Source of the DNA: Podospora anserina
Taxonomy: Eukaryota
NCBI GenBank assembly: GCA_017654855.1
Contig: CM030333.1
Span: forward strand, 2,976,001-3,040,000
DNA: 64,000 bases
Direction: 5' to 3'
Each line of letters begins with the position of its first letter. Position 1 is the first letter of the stretch. This document shows positions 62,181 through 64,000 of this stretch, piece by piece. The notes beneath the pieces were generated by a model, which was given only the letters and a program-made list of their open reading frames with translations, was not told the DNA's origin and did not search any database. A program made the translations under genes and the position numbers.

Positions 62181-63554
62181 TTAAAAGTCTTCGCCAACCA
62201 TGGCCTTCTTGGTGCCAGTCCAACCATCGCGCTCGTAGTAGCGGAAAACTAGGTCGTAATCCTCAAACTCGTGAATGATGCGGTCGATGCGGCGGTATCC
62301 ATCAATCCGGTCCACTGTCTGCTTGACCAAGCTTCTCTGGTTGTCCTCGACATCAGCACCATCGCTAGGGGTCGTGGGCTTATTCTTGGTCTGGAATAGG
62401 GTGACAGTGAAGCGACCAGGTCGGAAGATGTTGATCACGTGGTCAATGACCTCGGAAGTCTGGCGTCCATTCTGGCCACTCGGCACGTTGGTCTCGAACG
62501 AAGCGTATGAGCAAATGGGCTCCGGGGTGACATGGACAGTGAAGTAGTGCGCAGCTCTACTGGCAGCATCATCGCTGGACTTGGTGGGTGCAGGAATGAC
62601 TCCGTTGGCGGAATATCCGCAAGGGGTGAAAAGATAGGAGTCGATGCGAGCCTCGGGGTAGACCGAGGTGGGATAAACTTCAGCCAGACCACACTTGTTG
62701 GAAATGACAGTGCCGAGAGCATGGCCCTCACCAGATTTGTCAGAGTCCTCCAGGTACCACTGCTTGGCAAGCTCCTGGTCGAGATCCATCATCAAGATCT
62801 CGAGCGTCTCGTCATCGTTGTCGTCGAGGGATCCCACACAAGGCGCCACAATGCCTGTGGGGATCTTGGCGGAGCGGGTAGGGCTTCCGCCGGTGCTAGA
62901 GCTAGGGGTTCTAGGCGGGGTCAAGGTGGAAGTGGTAGGTGAGGTCATGTACAAATACCAATGATCCGCATTCATGCGACCGACCAGATAGGCGCTACCA
63001 TTCTCGAACAGTTCGTCCAGGAACTTGACCTCTTCCTTCCAGCTGGAGTGGGGGCCTTGTTGGCGATCAGGGAAGAGGAAATTCTTGCGGCTGTAAAAGA
63101 CACGGTGAGGTGTGGCGGCAACGCGCTCATCCTCCAGTGTCTTGACGTTGTGGAAAGGGAATCCGGCATCGATAGCAGCGATGCGAAGAAGACGGCGCAG
63201 GCCCAGCAACAGGGTGGTGGTGCCGCAGGTCTTGAGGATAAGCTTGTGGGGGAACACAAACATGCTAGACTCGGAAAGGAGGTAGGCGTCAACGTGATCA
63301 GAGTTGACGATGGACAGGACCTTGCAGTTGACCATATCCAACATGCCCTCCCAGATGGAGGGGCTGACCGACTTCAGGCCATTCTCTTTGACCCCAGGAG
63401 GAAGAGTCTTAGCACTCGGCGCAAACCAGACCTCGAGAAGTTTCTCGGGTCCCTCAAAGGCGTTGGTGGAGTCCAAGTCAGCGGTAATCTCGTGGTTGAT
63501 GGTGAGCTGGGTCTCCTCAGCGGCGACGCTGTTGGTGACGTTGGTGGAAGTCAT
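62181..63554 (-). CDS. spe-2: S-adenosylmethionine decarboxylase proenzyme
   Basis: FEGPEKLLEVWF, AYLLSESSMFV (autocleavage site), LKTCGTT, PCGYSAN and TVHVTPE..SYASFETN. Confidence 0.96.
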   Translation of the reverse strand: MTSTNVTNSVAAEETQLTINHEITADLDSTNAFEGPEKLLEVWFAPSAKTLPPGVKENGLKSVSPSIWEGMLDMVNCKVLSIVNSDHVDAYLLSESSMFVFPHKLILKTCGTTTLLLGLRRLLRIAAIDAGFPFHNVKTLEDERVAATPHRVFYSRKNFLFPDRQQGPHSSWKEEVKFLDELFENGSAYLVGRMNADHWYLYMTSPTTSTLTPPRTPSSSTGGSPTRSAKIPTGIVAPCVGSLDDNDDETLEILMMDLDQELAKQWYLEDSDKSGEGHALGTVISNKCGLAEVYPTSVYPEARIDSYLFTPCGYSANGVIPAPTKSSDDAASRAAHYFTVHVTPEPICSYASFETNVPSGQNGRQTSEVIDHVINIFRPGRFTVTLFQTKNKPTTPSDGADVEDNQRSLVKQTVDRIDGYRRIDRIIHEFEDYDLVFRYYERDGWTGTKKAMVGEDF

Positions 63555-63745
63555 GTTTGGCGAGGTTTGGGGTGTGTCGGCTATGTTCTCTGGTGAAAAC
63601 GTCCGCGGGACACTAGCTGCCGCTCAAACGAACCTTTAGGTCGCTTGAGAGAGTAGGCCCACAGGAAAGGGGTCTCGCTTTAGAGGCTGGCGACGCCAGC
63701 AGCAGGTGTTCGGGAGGTGGTATCTGAACGTCTCGCAAGCGGACG

Positions 63746-63826
63746 TTAGGGGGGGCGGGCACGGAGGGTGACGCGATAGCGCTTTGAGAGCGGAATGTTG
63801 GGCTTGCGCTTAAAACAGGCTTTTAT
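63746..63826 (-). promoter_or_regulatory. Candidate non-AUG uORF (IKACFKRKPNIPLSKRYRVTLRARPP*) in the SAM decarboxylase leader
   Basis: Open frame ending Pro-Pro-stop about 190 nt upstream of the main ATG, with no in-frame ATG. The ATA start is inferred. Confidence 0.55.
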
Positions 63827-64000
63827 TGCAGGTAAACCGATACCTGGGCGCGAGTATCGGAGATGATGGTGGAGTAAACCAAGGAAGGGGTGATAGTGAA
63901 GCTATATCGTCGGGATCTAGATTCGAAGAGTTAGACTGGTGCTGGGAATCAGGGTATATGTAGGTCGCGCTGGAAGAAGCATTTAAACAAAGCTTGTCAT

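Noticed and set aside
63983..64000. Tiny ATG uORF MTSFV* at the window edge
   Set aside because: It lies upstream of a CTAAC..TAG acceptor near 63917, so it is probably intronic. The context is cut off by the window end.

Overview
Intron-containing genomic DNA of a filamentous ascomycete. The GTRAGT/CTAAC/YAG introns, RIP-like mutation, and genes running C-rich 5' to G-rich 3' look Sordariales-like, possibly Podospora (inference only). The window mixes ordinary genes (GFA protein, intron-containing tRNA-Ile, SMP/C2 protein, BBE-like FAD oxidase, PTH11-like receptor, DEAD-box helicase, OPT transporter, SAM decarboxylase) with much accessory or decaying material. That material includes small secreted proteins, several pseudogenes, a 5'-truncated 5S rRNA copy, a RIP-mutated Fot1/pogo transposon and a RIP-mutated ZIP transporter fragment. 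The most notable item is a three-gene block at about 43.3-56.0 kb, bounded by broken genes. It comprises an intact ankyrin-like/subtilisin (S8) protease, head-to-head with a 284-aa cytosolic beta-rich protein carrying a candidate amphipathic beta-hairpin. These are followed by an NLR-type gene (dead alpha/beta-hydrolase, degenerate NACHT, ANK, SPRY). Together they suggest a sensor-protease-pore-former cell death module. Also notable are a 1765-aa protein with tandem Ulp1-like domains and a non-AUG PP-stop uORF upstream of SAM decarboxylase. All calls are by eye from motifs; no database searches were run, and exon boundaries are manual.
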